Origin: Bacteroidaceae bacterium
GTDB lineage: Bacteria > Bacteroidota > Bacteroidia > Bacteroidales > Bacteroidaceae
Length of the DNA stretch: 64,000 nt
Direction: 5' to 3'
Assembly (NCBI GenBank): GCA_017960985.1
Contig: JAGCYD010000076.1
Span: forward strand, 33,410-97,409
Notes under the pieces: generated by a model
Told to the model about the DNA's origin: nothing
Database searches by the model: none
Seen by the model: only the letters and a program-made list of their open reading frames with translations
Shown: positions 16,683-27,085 of the stretch, in pieces
How positions within the stretch are numbered: the first letter of the stretch is position 1
Layout: the number at the start of each line of letters is the position of its first letter
Made by a program: the position numbers and the translations under genes

Positions 16683-17729
16683 TCAAAGCGACTTCAGCAC
16701 TTCGGCAAGTTCGGAGAAACGGTCTTTCAGGGTGTCGGAAGAATGGGGAGAAGAGAAGGCAGCGGACTCCACTTCCTCCTTTGTACGGCAGAACACTACC
16801 CTGCCCGACGGACTAAGATAGCGGCAGACTTGCTCTACCTTTCCGTTGCTGTTGGGGAGCGCAATACAGGGGGTGTGAGTGATGTAGGAGAAGATGACGC
16901 CATGCAGACGGTCGGTCACTACCATACGATTGCGGGCAAATTCGCCCAAGAGTTGTTCTACCACCTGCTGACGGTTCTTCCAACTGATGCCACCCTCGAC
17001 ATTCCGCATCGTGGAAAGTCCGATTCCATCGGCATATTGGGCATGCAGATAGTCGGAAAAGGATGCAGAAATGGCACATTCCCTGTCACTACGCAGGCAA
17101 ATGCCCACAGAATCGCCCCTTTCATCGGCAATATGGGGATAATCCAATGAGAGGACAACATCGGGACAGAAAAGCACTTTGTTATGGGGAAATTTATCCT
17201 TCATCACCTGATAGGAACGCTCATCACGGGCACAGAGAACCAACTGGGGATGAGCACCATAAATGCGACTGGCACGATGAAGTTCGCGACGGGAAATGTA
17301 GTCCGTACCGTAATCGATGGTCTGCGGGAACACCACAATGGGATTGTTGCGGAAGCGACGGACGACAAAGCGACGGACACACTCATAATGGCGGTACATG
17401 GTACCCATATTTCCTCCTCCCGTCAGGCAAATGATGTCGCGCGGTCGGATGTTCTGCTCCACCCATCTGATACTTTGCGGAAGGGTGTCCTCGGCAATTT
17501 CCACCTGCCCGAATTGTGGCAACACATCGCCCACAAATTTACGCATGGCAAAGGCTATGGCCTGGTCGCCCAAATTTCCATAGGAAGGGGTATCGAGAAA
17601 GAATACACGCCTGTCGGACTGCAACGCATCAGGGGCTGTCTGCGGAGTGGTTTGATGGAGGAACTCACGCAGGTGTTTTATCCTGTAGTGGACATCCATG
17701 GGGAGCAAGCGCTTCAGTTTCATAAACAA
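16683..17729 (-). CDS. Polysaccharide pyruvyl transferase family protein
   Basis: 348 aa with CsaB/WcaK-like layout: N-terminal NLGDQAI motif and C-terminal VVTDRLHGVIF block. Confidence 0.7.
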   Translation of the reverse strand: MFMKLKRLLPMDVHYRIKHLREFLHQTTPQTAPDALQSDRRVFFLDTPSYGNLGDQAIAFAMRKFVGDVLPQFGQVEIAEDTLPQSIRWVEQNIRPRDIICLTGGGNMGTMYRHYECVRRFVVRRFRNNPIVVFPQTIDYGTDYISRRELHRASRIYGAHPQLVLCARDERSYQVMKDKFPHNKVLFCPDVVLSLDYPHIADERGDSVGICLRSDRECAISASFSDYLHAQYADGIGLSTMRNVEGGISWKNRQQVVEQLLGEFARNRMVVTDRLHGVIFSYITHTPCIALPNSNGKVEQVCRYLSPSGRVVFCRTKEEVESAAFSSPHSSDTLKDRFSELAEVLKSL

Positions 17730-17742
17730 TAACCGTTAACCG

Positions 17743-18789
17743 TTAGTTCTTCATCGTCACCCGACTGTATGCAGGGGCTTCCATGGGACAGAAGTCCTTG
17801 TCAAGATACTTGAAATAGCCGGCCTGTGCTATCATGGCGGCATTGTCGGTGGTGTAACCGAATGGGGGAATGAATATCTTCCAATGGTATTTCTCGGCAT
17901 ACTCATGGAACGCATTCCGAAGTCCAGTATTTGCACTCACGCCTCCAGCTACTGCTACCTGACGGATTTTTAGGTCCTTAGCTGCCAATCGCAGTTTGTT
18001 CATCAGGGTATCGACAATGGCCTTTTCGTAAGATGCCGCCAAGTCTTCCAGATGGTGCTGGATGAAATCGGGGTCGTCCTTCATCCAGTCCCGTAGATTA
18101 TAGAGAAAGGATGTTTTGAGCCCAGAGAAACTATAGTCGTAGCCCGAGATGTGTGGCTTCGAGAACTGGAAGGCCAAAGGATTGCCTTTTCGTGCCAATT
18201 TATCGATAATTGGTCCACCTGGATAACCCAATCCCATCACCTTGGCTGCCTTGTCTATGGCTTCGCCTGCGGCATCGTCAATGGTCTGACCGACAATCTC
18301 CATATCGTTGTAGGCATTTACCTTGATGATTTGGGAATTGCCACCGCTGACCAACAGACATAGGAAGGGGAAAGATGGGTTCTCCCCCTGCTTACCCTCC
18401 TCTTTTATAAAATGTGCCAACACATGTCCTTGCAGGTGGTTGACATCAATCATGGGTATGCCAAGGGAGGCAGCCATACCTTTTGCAAAGGATACTCCCA
18501 CTAGGAGACTACCCATCAAGCCGGGACCACGGGTGAAGGCAATGGCAGAGAGTTCTTCTCTTTCCACCCCTGCCCTCTTCAGGGCTTCATTCACCACAGG
18601 AACTATATTTTGTTGGTGGGCACGCGATGCCAGTTCGGGCACCACACCTCCATAACTTTCGTGTACGGCCTGACTTGCCGTGACATTCGACAATAGCACC
18701 CCGTCTTTAATGACTGCAGCACTGGTATCGTCACACGAACTTTCAATTCCGAGAATGACGACCCCTTGAAGACTCACCCCCTGCCCCAT
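17743..18789 (-). CDS. tsaD: tRNA N6-adenosine threonylcarbamoyltransferase TsaD
   Basis: ILGIESSCDDTSAAV, the metal-binding motif HLQGHVLAH, and GVSAN. Confidence 0.95.
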   Translation of the reverse strand: MGQGVSLQGVVILGIESSCDDTSAAVIKDGVLLSNVTASQAVHESYGGVVPELASRAHQQNIVPVVNEALKRAGVEREELSAIAFTRGPGLMGSLLVGVSFAKGMAASLGIPMIDVNHLQGHVLAHFIKEEGKQGENPSFPFLCLLVSGGNSQIIKVNAYNDMEIVGQTIDDAAGEAIDKAAKVMGLGYPGGPIIDKLARKGNPLAFQFSKPHISGYDYSFSGLKTSFLYNLRDWMKDDPDFIQHHLEDLAASYEKAIVDTLMNKLRLAAKDLKIRQVAVAGGVSANTGLRNAFHEYAEKYHWKIFIPPFGYTTDNAAMIAQAGYFKYLDKDFCPMEAPAYSRVTMKN

Positions 18790-18817
18790 TTTTACTTTTT
18801 ACTTTATACTTTTTACT

Positions 18818-19687
18818 TTAATGACTGAGCACTTCTACCCCATTTTCCGTCATGACATAAGTATGTTCCCATTGTGCCGAGGGTTCATAGTCCTGCGTCA
18901 CAACAGTCCATTCCGTGGGGTCATCGGCATCCAGACAGACTTGATAGTGACCCAGATTAATCATGGGTTCTATGGTAAAGGTCATACCAGGTACCAATAA
19001 CATACCCGTACCACGATGACCATAATGCTCCACATCGGGCTCTTCGTGGAACTGCAAACCCACGCCATGTCCACAAAGGTCGCGAACTACCGACATGTGG
19101 TTCTTATGGGCATGTTTCTGTATGGCATTTCCTATATCTCCCACATATACATAGGGCTGGGAGCAGACATCCTCGCCTATCTTCAAGCATTCCCATGCCA
19201 CATCCACAAGTCGCTGCCAACGGGGTTCTGTCTTTCCCCCAATGACAAACATACGGGAGGCATCGGCATAGTATCCATCGAGTATGGTGGTGACATCCAC
19301 ATTCAGAATGTCGCCCTCCTCCAGAATCTCGTCTTTTGAGGGAATACCATGACACACGACATCGTTTACCGAGGTGCAACACGAATTGGGGAATCCTTCG
19401 TAGTTGAGGGGAGCAGGAATGCCTCCATGCTTGGTGGTGAAATCGTACACCAGTTTGTCGATTTCCAGTGTGGACATACCGGGACGGATTTTCTCCGTAA
19501 CCATATCCAGCACAGCCGTATTCAGCACACCGGCCTTACGGATTCCCTCAATCTGCTCGGGAGTTTTTATCAGTTCGCGAGTGGGTACAATCTTGCCTCT
19601 TTCCTGTGCCTCCAGAATGCGCCTGTCCATGTCGGTCAGGGGCGCACCCTCTGGCACAATCCATTGGTTCTTTGGTTTCTTAGACAT
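18818..19687 (-). CDS. map: Type I methionine aminopeptidase (with an N-terminal extension)
   Basis: Metal-ligand blocks DVTTILDGYYADASRMF, CGHGVG, FTIEPM and WEHT. Confidence 0.9.
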   Translation of the reverse strand: MSKKPKNQWIVPEGAPLTDMDRRILEAQERGKIVPTRELIKTPEQIEGIRKAGVLNTAVLDMVTEKIRPGMSTLEIDKLVYDFTTKHGGIPAPLNYEGFPNSCCTSVNDVVCHGIPSKDEILEEGDILNVDVTTILDGYYADASRMFVIGGKTEPRWQRLVDVAWECLKIGEDVCSQPYVYVGDIGNAIQKHAHKNHMSVVRDLCGHGVGLQFHEEPDVEHYGHRGTGMLLVPGMTFTIEPMINLGHYQVCLDADDPTEWTVVTQDYEPSAQWEHTYVMTENGVEVLSH

Positions 19688-20342
19688 TCCCGATTATGCT
19701 GAAGCACTCCTTACACTTATCCGTAATGTACTGCCAATCCTGTGCTTCTATGCGGTCCTTGGGGAAAAGTTTACTACCCATACCCACACAGAAGACACCA
19801 GCCTTGAACCACTTGGTAAGGTTTTCAGCATCGGGAGATACACCACCCGTGACCATAATCTTCGACCACGGCATAGGTGCCAACATTCCCTTCACTAGAT
19901 TGGGACCGACAACATCACCGGGGAATACCTTTGTGAGGTCACATCCCAGTTCCTGTGCCTTGCCAATTTCGCTGACCGTCATACAACCCGGACAATAAGG
20001 TATCAGTCTGCGATTACAAACGGGAGCAATCTCGGGACTAAACAATGGACCAACGACAAAGCATGCCCCCAACTGAATGTACATGGCTGCAGTAGGTGCA
20101 TCTACGACACTACCCACACCCATTGCCAATTCGGGACATTCCTTGGCGGCAAACTTCACACATTCGGCAAACACTTCCTGTGCAAAATCGCCTCTGTTGG
20201 TAAACTCGAAGGCACGAACGCCTCCATCATAACAAGCCTTGATGACTTTCTTTGCCACCTCAGCATCTTTGTGATAGAACACCGGCACCATCGGTGCTGA
20301 TGCTATCTTCTGCAAAACAGAAATCTTATCAAATTTAGCCAT
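19680..20342 (-). CDS. eda: KDPG / 4-hydroxy-2-oxoglutarate aldolase
   Basis: Eda family (VPVFYHKD.., GVRAFEFTNR, KVFPG). Start set at the ATG at 20342 (MAKFDKIS), 7 nt after the kdgK stop. The ORF-track start at 20381 would overlap kdgK. Confidence 0.85.
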   Translation of the reverse strand: MAKFDKISVLQKIASAPMVPVFYHKDAEVAKKVIKACYDGGVRAFEFTNRGDFAQEVFAECVKFAAKECPELAMGVGSVVDAPTAAMYIQLGACFVVGPLFSPEIAPVCNRRLIPYCPGCMTVSEIGKAQELGCDLTKVFPGDVVGPNLVKGMLAPMPWSKIMVTGGVSPDAENLTKWFKAGVFCVGMGSKLFPKDRIEAQDWQYITDKCKECFSIIGNV

Positions 20343-20349
20343 AACGGAC

Positions 20350-21372
20350 CTATCTTTGTACACGACCATTCGCACTACCACCAGCCAATGCTTCTACCTC
20401 CTCAGCACTGACCAAATTGAAGTCACCATTGATGGTATGTTTCAATGCAGAGGCAGCCACAGCAAACTCAAGGGCTTCGCCTTGTGTGGATTTCGTCAAA
20501 AGGCCATGAATCAATCCACCAGAGAACGAATCGCCACCACCTACACGGTCGATAATGGGATTCAACTCGTAACGCTTCGACTGATAGAACTCCTTACCAT
20601 CATAAATCAGGGCCTTCCAGCCATTATGTGTGGCAGAGAAACTCTCGCGGAGGGTACTAACCACATACTTGAATCCGAACTGCTCCTTCATCTGACGGAA
20701 GATACCTTCGTATCCGCTGGCATCGGTCTGACCACCTTCAACATCAGCATCGGGCTTGAAGCCAAGGCAGAGTTCTGCATCTTCCTCGTTACCAATACAG
20801 ACATCCACATATTGCATCAAGGGGCGCATCACACTAATGGCCTTCTCCGAGGTCCACAACTTCTTGCGGAAATTTAGGTCAACACTTACCTTCACCCCAT
20901 TCCGCTTTGCGGCTTCACAAGCCAACTTCGTCAGCAGAGCAGCCTTATCGGATATGGCAGGCGTAATTCCACTCCAGTGGAACCAGTCCTTACCCTTCAT
21001 AATCTCATCGAAATCGAAATCCTCAGGATTTGCCTCTGCAATACTACTATGAGCGCGGTCGTATATCACCTTCGAGGGACGCATCGATGCACCCGTCTCA
21101 GCATAATACAGTCCTACACGGTCACCACCCCTAGCAATGTATTGGGTATTGACGCCATACCTACGCAATGCATTTACGGCAATCTGTCCAATCTCATGCT
21201 TCGGCAGTTTCGACACGAAATAAGCCTCGTGTCCATAGTTACTCAGCGAAATAGCCACATTGGCCTCTCCACCACCAGGAATGATGCGGAATGCCTCACT
21301 CTGTATGAATCGGTCTTGTCCCTGCGGACTCAGTCGGAGCATAATCTCTCCGAGTGTTACAATCTTTCCCAT
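20350..21372 (-). CDS. kdgK: 2-dehydro-3-deoxygluconokinase (PfkB family)
   Basis: PfkB sugar-kinase motifs GGGEANVA and VGGGDSFSGGLIHGL. Paired with eda. Confidence 0.85.
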   Translation of the reverse strand: MGKIVTLGEIMLRLSPQGQDRFIQSEAFRIIPGGGEANVAISLSNYGHEAYFVSKLPKHEIGQIAVNALRRYGVNTQYIARGGDRVGLYYAETGASMRPSKVIYDRAHSSIAEANPEDFDFDEIMKGKDWFHWSGITPAISDKAALLTKLACEAAKRNGVKVSVDLNFRKKLWTSEKAISVMRPLMQYVDVCIGNEEDAELCLGFKPDADVEGGQTDASGYEGIFRQMKEQFGFKYVVSTLRESFSATHNGWKALIYDGKEFYQSKRYELNPIIDRVGGGDSFSGGLIHGLLTKSTQGEALEFAVAASALKHTINGDFNLVSAEEVEALAGGSANGRVQR

Positions 21373-21406
21373 ATAAACTATTTATAGATATGTATGTAAT
21401 ACCTTG

Positions 21407-21414
21407 CAAAGATA
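21407..21414 (-). promoter_or_regulatory. -7 box for kdgK-eda
   Basis: The minus strand reads TAtcTTTG, 35 nt upstream of the kdgK ATG. Confidence 0.45.
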
Positions 21415-21457
21415 CAACTAAATTATGAATAATGAGCCGTAGATGACGAATTTTTCG

Positions 21458-21465
21458 TAACTTTG
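21458..21465 (+). promoter_or_regulatory. -7 box for engB
   Basis: TAacTTTG lies 27 nt upstream of the ATG at 21492. Confidence 0.45.
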
Positions 21466-21491
21466 CACCAGTCAAGGAAACCTTTGAGACG

Positions 21492-22091
21492 ATGAATATC
21501 AGTAAAGCCGAATATGTGATAAGCAGTCCCACGGTACAGAAATGCCCACAAACAAGCGAGGCAGAATATGCTTTTATCGGGCGGAGTAATGTGGGAAAAT
21601 CGAGCCTTATCAACATGCTGACCAACCGAAAGGGATTGGCCAAGACATCGGCTATGCCTGGCAAGACCATACTGATAAACCACTTCAAAATCAACGATAG
21701 TTGGTACATTGTGGACCTTCCCGGCTACGGATATGCCAAACGCAGCAAGAAGGAACAGGAGAAACTGACGGAAATGATTCGCGGCTACATACTCGGACGC
21801 GAACAGATGGTCAATCTCTTTGTGCTTATCGACAGCCGTCACACGCCCCAACGCATTGACCTTGAGTTCATCCAGTGGTTGGGCGAGAACGGCATTCCCT
21901 TCAGTATCGTATTCACCAAAGCCGACAAGCAAAGCCGCACACGCACACAGGAGAATGTGGCTGAATTCCTGCGCACCCTGAAGAAAGAATGGGAAGAACT
22001 GCCACCCCACTTCATCACCAGTTCCGAAACCCGCATGGGTAAAGAGGAGTTGCTGGAATACATCGACAGCATCAACCGCTCATTGGACTGA
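21492..22091 (+). CDS. engB: Ribosome biogenesis GTP-binding protein YsxC/EngB
   Basis: [12 protein letters not shown] (G1), DLPGYGYA (G3) and TKADK (G4). Confidence 0.95.
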   Translation: MNISKAEYVISSPTVQKCPQTSEAEYAFIGRSNVGKSSLINMLTNRKGLAKTSAMPGKTILINHFKINDSWYIVDLPGYGYAKRSKKEQEKLTEMIRGYILGREQMVNLFVLIDSRHTPQRIDLEFIQWLGENGIPFSIVFTKADKQSRTRTQENVAEFLRTLKKEWEELPPHFITSSETRMGKEELLEYIDSINRSLD

Positions 22092-22117
22092 CCTATACCA
22101 CAAACCGAATAAAAAAC

Positions 22118-22150
22118 AATAGGGGCCGTGAACATTCACGACCCCTATTT
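22118..22150. terminator. Bidirectional terminator between engB and the DUF3078-like gene
   Basis: AATAGGGGCCGTGAA pairs with TTCACGACCCCTATT (one mismatch). Flanked by an A-run on the left and TTT on the right. Confidence 0.6.
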
Positions 22151-22168
22151 CATGTGTTTCGTATAGTC

Positions 22169-23521
22169 TTAGAAATTATAACTCAAGCCAAGGCTCAGCC
22201 ACTCCTTAAACATCAGGTACTTACCACGATTGTTGTGCTTGTTCTTGTACTCAATACTGCTATCGTCAAAGCGAGGATAAGCATAGAACTTGGCAGAGAG
22301 GTACTTGTTGATGGTAAAGTCGAGCGTATTCTCCCATTCCACCAGTGTCATGTGGAAGTTAGAGAACCAGTAGAGGCGGCTCGTCCAAGTGACATTCTTC
22401 ACGATTTGAATCTTCGAGTTCACCGTGAAGTTAGGACCGAACTTGTGGAATGAATGGGGTCTGTAGATACCATTATTCTCCTTCTTCACACCATACATAT
22501 CGCCATAATAACGGTACTTGAATGTGCCGTCATCCAATATGGCATTCAGTCTTTCCACATAGGTCATGTAGTAAGCCACGGGAGACAGATAAACAGAGAG
22601 TTCCACCTTGCCGTTCTTGCTCTTGTACTTATAATCCATACCGACAGAAAGCGTCAGGTACCAAGGTGTACCGAAACGAGCCTTCCAAGTGTCCGTATTC
22701 TTTTCGTAATAGGGAGCCAACTGGGTGTAGGTCATCAACTGTCCCGTATAGAACCAGTTCTTGGCTGCCTTATAACCCAGTTTTGAAGTCAGACGAAGCA
22801 AGTTGCTCGTCACACGCACCTTATGTTTGGTATCGCTCGATGCAGTCTGGAAACCTAATTGAGCCTCCAGTTTATTGTCCCACTGCACCTTTTGCTGATT
22901 GTCGTAGTTGGCCTCCAATGTCAGCATACCGATACCAGCATAGTTGTTTTCACCACCCTGATACCAGTTGTCGGAGAAATACGACTGGGTGAACTGCAGC
23001 GAAGCACTACCCTTAAACTTCCAGAAGTTAGGCTTCTTGGCAACGGGAGCAATCGTATCGGGAACATCTGCTTCCAGATCCACATCAACGGCACTTTCTG
23101 CCAGTTTAGACTCTACCACCACCTCGGGAGCCTTAATCTCCTCGCGAAGGGCAGGCGTTTCCTTGAATACCGTTTCAGCACGGTCAACCAAACCGGGATT
23201 GCTGACATAAAGTTGTGCCAAGGCAAGGTCGGAAGCCTCCACTGCCGAAGGAGTATTGGCCGAAATCCCTTCGATACCCATCACCTGATGCAACGGACGG
23301 CTGTAATAAGTTCCGGGAGCCATCACACGGAAATAGTAGGGATTCAGCGTGATGCTTTCGGCAGTCTTCTCTGCCTGACCAACGGCTTCGTCACGCGACT
23401 GCACCAGTTCGTCCAATGCCTGTTCGTACTTACTTAAAACACTTCCCTCAGCGGGTGTCTGTGCATAGCATGGGCTGATGACCAACCATGCTGCAAGCAT
23501 CAAATAGTTCCTCATATACAT
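22169..23521 (-). CDS. Outer-membrane beta-barrel protein, DUF3078-like
   Basis: Signal peptide. DNWYQGGENN block. Alternating beta-strand pattern ending in an aromatic residue (..LGLSYNF). Confidence 0.5.
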   Translation of the reverse strand: MYMRNYLMLAAWLVISPCYAQTPAEGSVLSKYEQALDELVQSRDEAVGQAEKTAESITLNPYYFRVMAPGTYYSRPLHQVMGIEGISANTPSAVEASDLALAQLYVSNPGLVDRAETVFKETPALREEIKAPEVVVESKLAESAVDVDLEADVPDTIAPVAKKPNFWKFKGSASLQFTQSYFSDNWYQGGENNYAGIGMLTLEANYDNQQKVQWDNKLEAQLGFQTASSDTKHKVRVTSNLLRLTSKLGYKAAKNWFYTGQLMTYTQLAPYYEKNTDTWKARFGTPWYLTLSVGMDYKYKSKNGKVELSVYLSPVAYYMTYVERLNAILDDGTFKYRYYGDMYGVKKENNGIYRPHSFHKFGPNFTVNSKIQIVKNVTWTSRLYWFSNFHMTLVEWENTLDFTINKYLSAKFYAYPRFDDSSIEYKNKHNNRGKYLMFKEWLSLGLSYNF

Positions 23522-23534
23522 ATTGTATTTTAAT

Positions 23535-24998
23535 TTAGTCTTTCAGTATCGGGTCGCAAGTCAGGTCAATACCCAATTTCTTGAATATCTTTCTGTCTAC
23601 CTCGCTCAACATTACCGTAGAATGAGCCTGGCAACCGCGCAATTCGGGCAACATGGCCAAAGCACGACGACAGTTGGCATCATGCTGCGACAGCACGCTC
23701 AATGCCACTAATACCTCGTCGGTATGCAATCGGGGATTCTTACCACCCAAATATTCCGTCTTGGTTTTCTGTATCGGCTCAATCAGCGCCTGCGGTATCA
23801 GTTTCAGTTCGTGGTCGATACCTGCCAGATGTTTGGTAGCATTAAGCAACAGAGAAGCACAAGTGCCCAACAACGGGCTACTCGATGCCGTAATGATATG
23901 CCCGTCTTCCAGTTCAATGGCACTACAGGGCACATCATTCTCTTCCCTACGGGCCTTTGCAGCCACCGTACAACGGCGGTAATCGGTTGTTATCTTCAGT
24001 TGTTGCAACAGCAACGATATTTTGCTCACTTCGCCCTCGTTCATGGCACCACCGGCCAATTTGTTCAAGGCAGTATAATAGCGGCGTATGATTTCCTGCT
24101 TCGATGCCTCGCTGCATATTTCATCGTCCGAAATGCAGAAACCCACCATATTCACGCCCATATCCGTAGGCGACTTGTAGGGGCAATGTCCATAGATACC
24201 TTCAAATATGGCGTTCAGCACGGGGAAGATCTCCACATCGCGATTGTAGTTGATGGCCACTTCTCCGTATGCCTCCATGTGGAAGGGATCAATCATATTT
24301 ACATCATTCAGGTCGGCCGTAGCAGCCTCGTAAGCCACATTGACGGGATGCTTCAGTGGAAGGCTCCATACGGGGAAGGTCTCAAACTTGGCATATCCAG
24401 CCTCAATGCCCCGTTTGTGTTCATTATACAACTGGCTCAGACACACAGCCATCTTACCGCTACCAGGGCCTGGAGCCGTCACGATAACCAGCGGATGGGT
24501 TGTCTCCACATAGTCGTCCTTACCGAAGCCCTCGTCCGAGTCAATCAAGGCTACATTATTGGGATAGCCCTCTATCGTGTAATGGTAATATACCTTGATA
24601 CCCATGTGCTCCAGTCGCTGACGATAAAGGTCTGCCGACTTCTGTCCGTTGTAATGGGTTACCACCACACTACTTACCGTAAACCCACGATTCTGGAACT
24701 CTGTGCGCAAACGCAACACATCCTCGTCGTAGGTCAAACCCAAGTCCTGACGGACCTTGTTCTTCTCAATATCCAGTGCACTGATGACTATCAGTATCTC
24801 CGCATCCCCTGCCAATTGTTTCAGCATTCGCAGTTTACTGTCGGGCTGAAAACCAGGAAGCACACGACTGGCATGATGGTCGTCGAAGAGTTTGCCACCC
24901 ATCTCCAGATACAACTTACCCTTGAACTTGGCAATGCGTTCCTTGATGTGCTCACTCTGGATGCGTATGTATTTTTCGTTATCGAAACCGTATTTCAT
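23535..24998 (-). CDS. DUF1846 / UPF0371 family protein
   Basis: 487 aa. N-terminus MKYGFDNEKYIRIQSEHIKERI..GGKLFDDHHASRVLPGF is typical of UPF0371. Confidence 0.75.
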   Translation of the reverse strand: MKYGFDNEKYIRIQSEHIKERIAKFKGKLYLEMGGKLFDDHHASRVLPGFQPDSKLRMLKQLAGDAEILIVISALDIEKNKVRQDLGLTYDEDVLRLRTEFQNRGFTVSSVVVTHYNGQKSADLYRQRLEHMGIKVYYHYTIEGYPNNVALIDSDEGFGKDDYVETTHPLVIVTAPGPGSGKMAVCLSQLYNEHKRGIEAGYAKFETFPVWSLPLKHPVNVAYEAATADLNDVNMIDPFHMEAYGEVAINYNRDVEIFPVLNAIFEGIYGHCPYKSPTDMGVNMVGFCISDDEICSEASKQEIIRRYYTALNKLAGGAMNEGEVSKISLLLQQLKITTDYRRCTVAAKARREENDVPCSAIELEDGHIITASSSPLLGTCASLLLNATKHLAGIDHELKLIPQALIEPIQKTKTEYLGGKNPRLHTDEVLVALSVLSQHDANCRRALAMLPELRGCQAHSTVMLSEVDRKIFKKLGIDLTCDPILKD

Positions 24999-25159
24999 AT
25001 ATTTCTATATTATCTTAAAAACTCGCACAAAAATAGTGAAAATCGAGCGCATAAGCAAATCGAAACATCAAAATATGTCCACACATTATTAAATAATAAT
25101 ATAATCAACGATGATAATATTTCGCCGCCCCAAAACTTTGTGTTTTGCCCGTTTTTCAC

Positions 25160-25167
25160 TATCTTTG
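25160..25167 (+). promoter_or_regulatory. -7 box for yidC
   Basis: TAtcTTTG lies 41 nt upstream of the ATG at 25208. The leader is A-rich and includes an A9 run. Confidence 0.45.
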
Positions 25168-25207
25168 TCCGCACTATAAAAATTAAGGTATAAAAATAAA
25201 AAAAAAT

Positions 25208-27070
25208 ATGGATAAGAACACAATTACGGGATTTGCATTGATAGCACTTGTGCTGATTGGATTTAGTTGGTGGAACAGGCCCAGTGAGGCAGAACTGATA
25301 GAAGCCGCACGACAGGATTCCATCGCACAGGTGGAAATGGCAAAGGCTATGGAGAAAGCCGCTGAAGTCGAAGCACAAGCCGCCGTTGATACGGCAGAGG
25401 TTGATTCCTCGATGGCTTTCTTTAACAATATGAGTGGCGAAGGCAAGGAAATCACCCTGCAGAACGAACTGGTTGCCATCACCCTGAACACGAAGGGCGG
25501 CACCGTAGAAAAGGCTACGCTGAAGAACTACAAAAACCAGCAAGGTAAGGATGTCACACTACTCTCCCCCGAGGACGGGCACTTGACATTGGCACTCGCA
25601 GCAAAGAACGAGAATATCATCAGCGACGACCTGTATTTCAATGCAACGGAACAGACCGATAGTAACGTAACACTACAGGCAACAACGGCCAATGGTGGTA
25701 CATTGTCGTTCAAATATGCCCTGCGTCCCGACAGTTATATGCTGGACTTCATCATCGAGAACGAAGGCTTGCAAAATCTGTTTGCCCCATCGATGAATAC
25801 AATGGACCTCAGTTGGAGCAACCGCGCACAGCAGCAGGAAAAGGGAGCCACCTTTGAGAACCGCTACTCTGCCCTGACCTACAAGATAAAAGACGAGGGT
25901 ACCAAGAAACTGAACGAGATGAAGGATGTGACAAAGGAGTTGGACAAGACACTCGACTGGATTGACTTCAAGGACCAGTTCTTCTCTGCCATCATCATTG
26001 CACATCAGGATTTCCGCAATGTAACGCTCACCAGTACACCTGAGGATAAGAACAGCGGCTACTTGAAGCAGTACAGTGCACAGATGCAGACAATGTTCGA
26101 CCCCACGGGCAAGCAACCCACGCAGTTGCAGTTCTATCTTGGCCCCAACGACTTCCATACACTGAAGGCCACCAACAAACTGTCGCTCTCCGACAAGGAC
26201 CTAGAATTGCAGAATTTGGTATATTTCGGTTGGCCTATTGTAAAGTGGATTAACCGTTTCTTCATCCTCTACCTCTTCGACTGGCTCACGGGCTTCGGTC
26301 TGAACATGGGTATCGTATTGCTGTTGCTAACACTTATCGTGAAGGCGCTCGTCTATCCTGCCACCAAGAAGAGTTATCTGGCCAGTGCACGCATGCGTGT
26401 ATTGAAGCCCGAGATGGACAAACTGAATGATAAATACCCCAAGCAGGAGGATGCGCTGAAAAAACAGCAGGAGATGATGCAACTCTATTCGCAGTACGGC
26501 GTAAGTCCTATGGGCGGCTGCTTGCCCATGCTTATCCAGATGCCCATCTGGGTTGCCTTGTTCAATTTCATTCCCAATGCCATCGAACTGCGCGGACAGA
26601 GTTTCCTCTGGGCAAACGACCTCTCGGCATACGACGATGTGATTCGCTGGGGTAAGGACCTCTGGCTCATCGGCAACCACATCAGTATCTTCTGCCTCCT
26701 GTTCTCGCTAACGAATATCGGCAACACATGGATTTCGATGCGTCAGCAACAGGCTAACGCCATGATGAGCGACCAGCAACAACAGCAAATGAAGATGATG
26801 CGCTGGATGATGTACCTCATGCCTGTGTTCTTCTTCTTTATGTTCAACGACTATTCGTCGGGGCTTTCCTACTATTACTTCTTGTCGGGTCTGACCACCA
26901 TCCTTATCATGTGGGCATTGCGCCGCTTTACCGACGACAACAAACTGCGTCAGCAATTGGATGAGTACAAGGCCAAGCATGCCAACGACCCCAAGAAGTT
27001 AGGAGGATTTGCCGCACGACTGGAGGCCATGCAAAAGATGGCAGAGGAACAAAGAAAAACGAGAAAGTAA
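25208..27070 (+). CDS. yidC: Membrane protein insertase YidC
   Basis: 620 aa with a large periplasmic domain, then the conserved C-terminal core (GCLPMLIQMPIWVALF). Confidence 0.95.
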   Translation: MDKNTITGFALIALVLIGFSWWNRPSEAELIEAARQDSIAQVEMAKAMEKAAEVEAQAAVDTAEVDSSMAFFNNMSGEGKEITLQNELVAITLNTKGGTVEKATLKNYKNQQGKDVTLLSPEDGHLTLALAAKNENIISDDLYFNATEQTDSNVTLQATTANGGTLSFKYALRPDSYMLDFIIENEGLQNLFAPSMNTMDLSWSNRAQQQEKGATFENRYSALTYKIKDEGTKKLNEMKDVTKELDKTLDWIDFKDQFFSAIIIAHQDFRNVTLTSTPEDKNSGYLKQYSAQMQTMFDPTGKQPTQLQFYLGPNDFHTLKATNKLSLSDKDLELQNLVYFGWPIVKWINRFFILYLFDWLTGFGLNMGIVLLLLTLIVKALVYPATKKSYLASARMRVLKPEMDKLNDKYPKQEDALKKQQEMMQLYSQYGVSPMGGCLPMLIQMPIWVALFNFIPNAIELRGQSFLWANDLSAYDDVIRWGKDLWLIGNHISIFCLLFSLTNIGNTWISMRQQQANAMMSDQQQQQMKMMRWMMYLMPVFFFFMFNDYSSGLSYYYFLSGLTTILIMWALRRFTDDNKLRQQLDEYKAKHANDPKKLGGFAARLEAMQKMAEEQRKTRK

Positions 27071-27085
27071 AGAACGAAGAATACC

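Noticed and set aside
18790-18817. The reiterated GTAAAAAG / CTTTTTAC motif, also seen at 33971-34000 and 6245-6265
   Set aside because: At 18790-18817 it is the A-rich untranslated spacer before tsaD, which fits the SD-less, A-rich initiation regions of Bacteroidota. At 33971-34000 it encodes the hydrophobic signal peptide (FLLFTFYLLL). At 6245-6265 it is the F/Y codon run of the leader peptide. The resemblance comes from codon and composition effects, not from a shared element.
23724-25193. A 489-aa ORF on the plus strand, almost co-extensive with the DUF1846 gene on the minus strand
   Set aside because: It is a shadow ORF antisense to a well-supported conserved gene. The protein is low-complexity, rich in Leu/Gln/His/Thr and has no recognisable motif. 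It also runs through the divergent promoter region.
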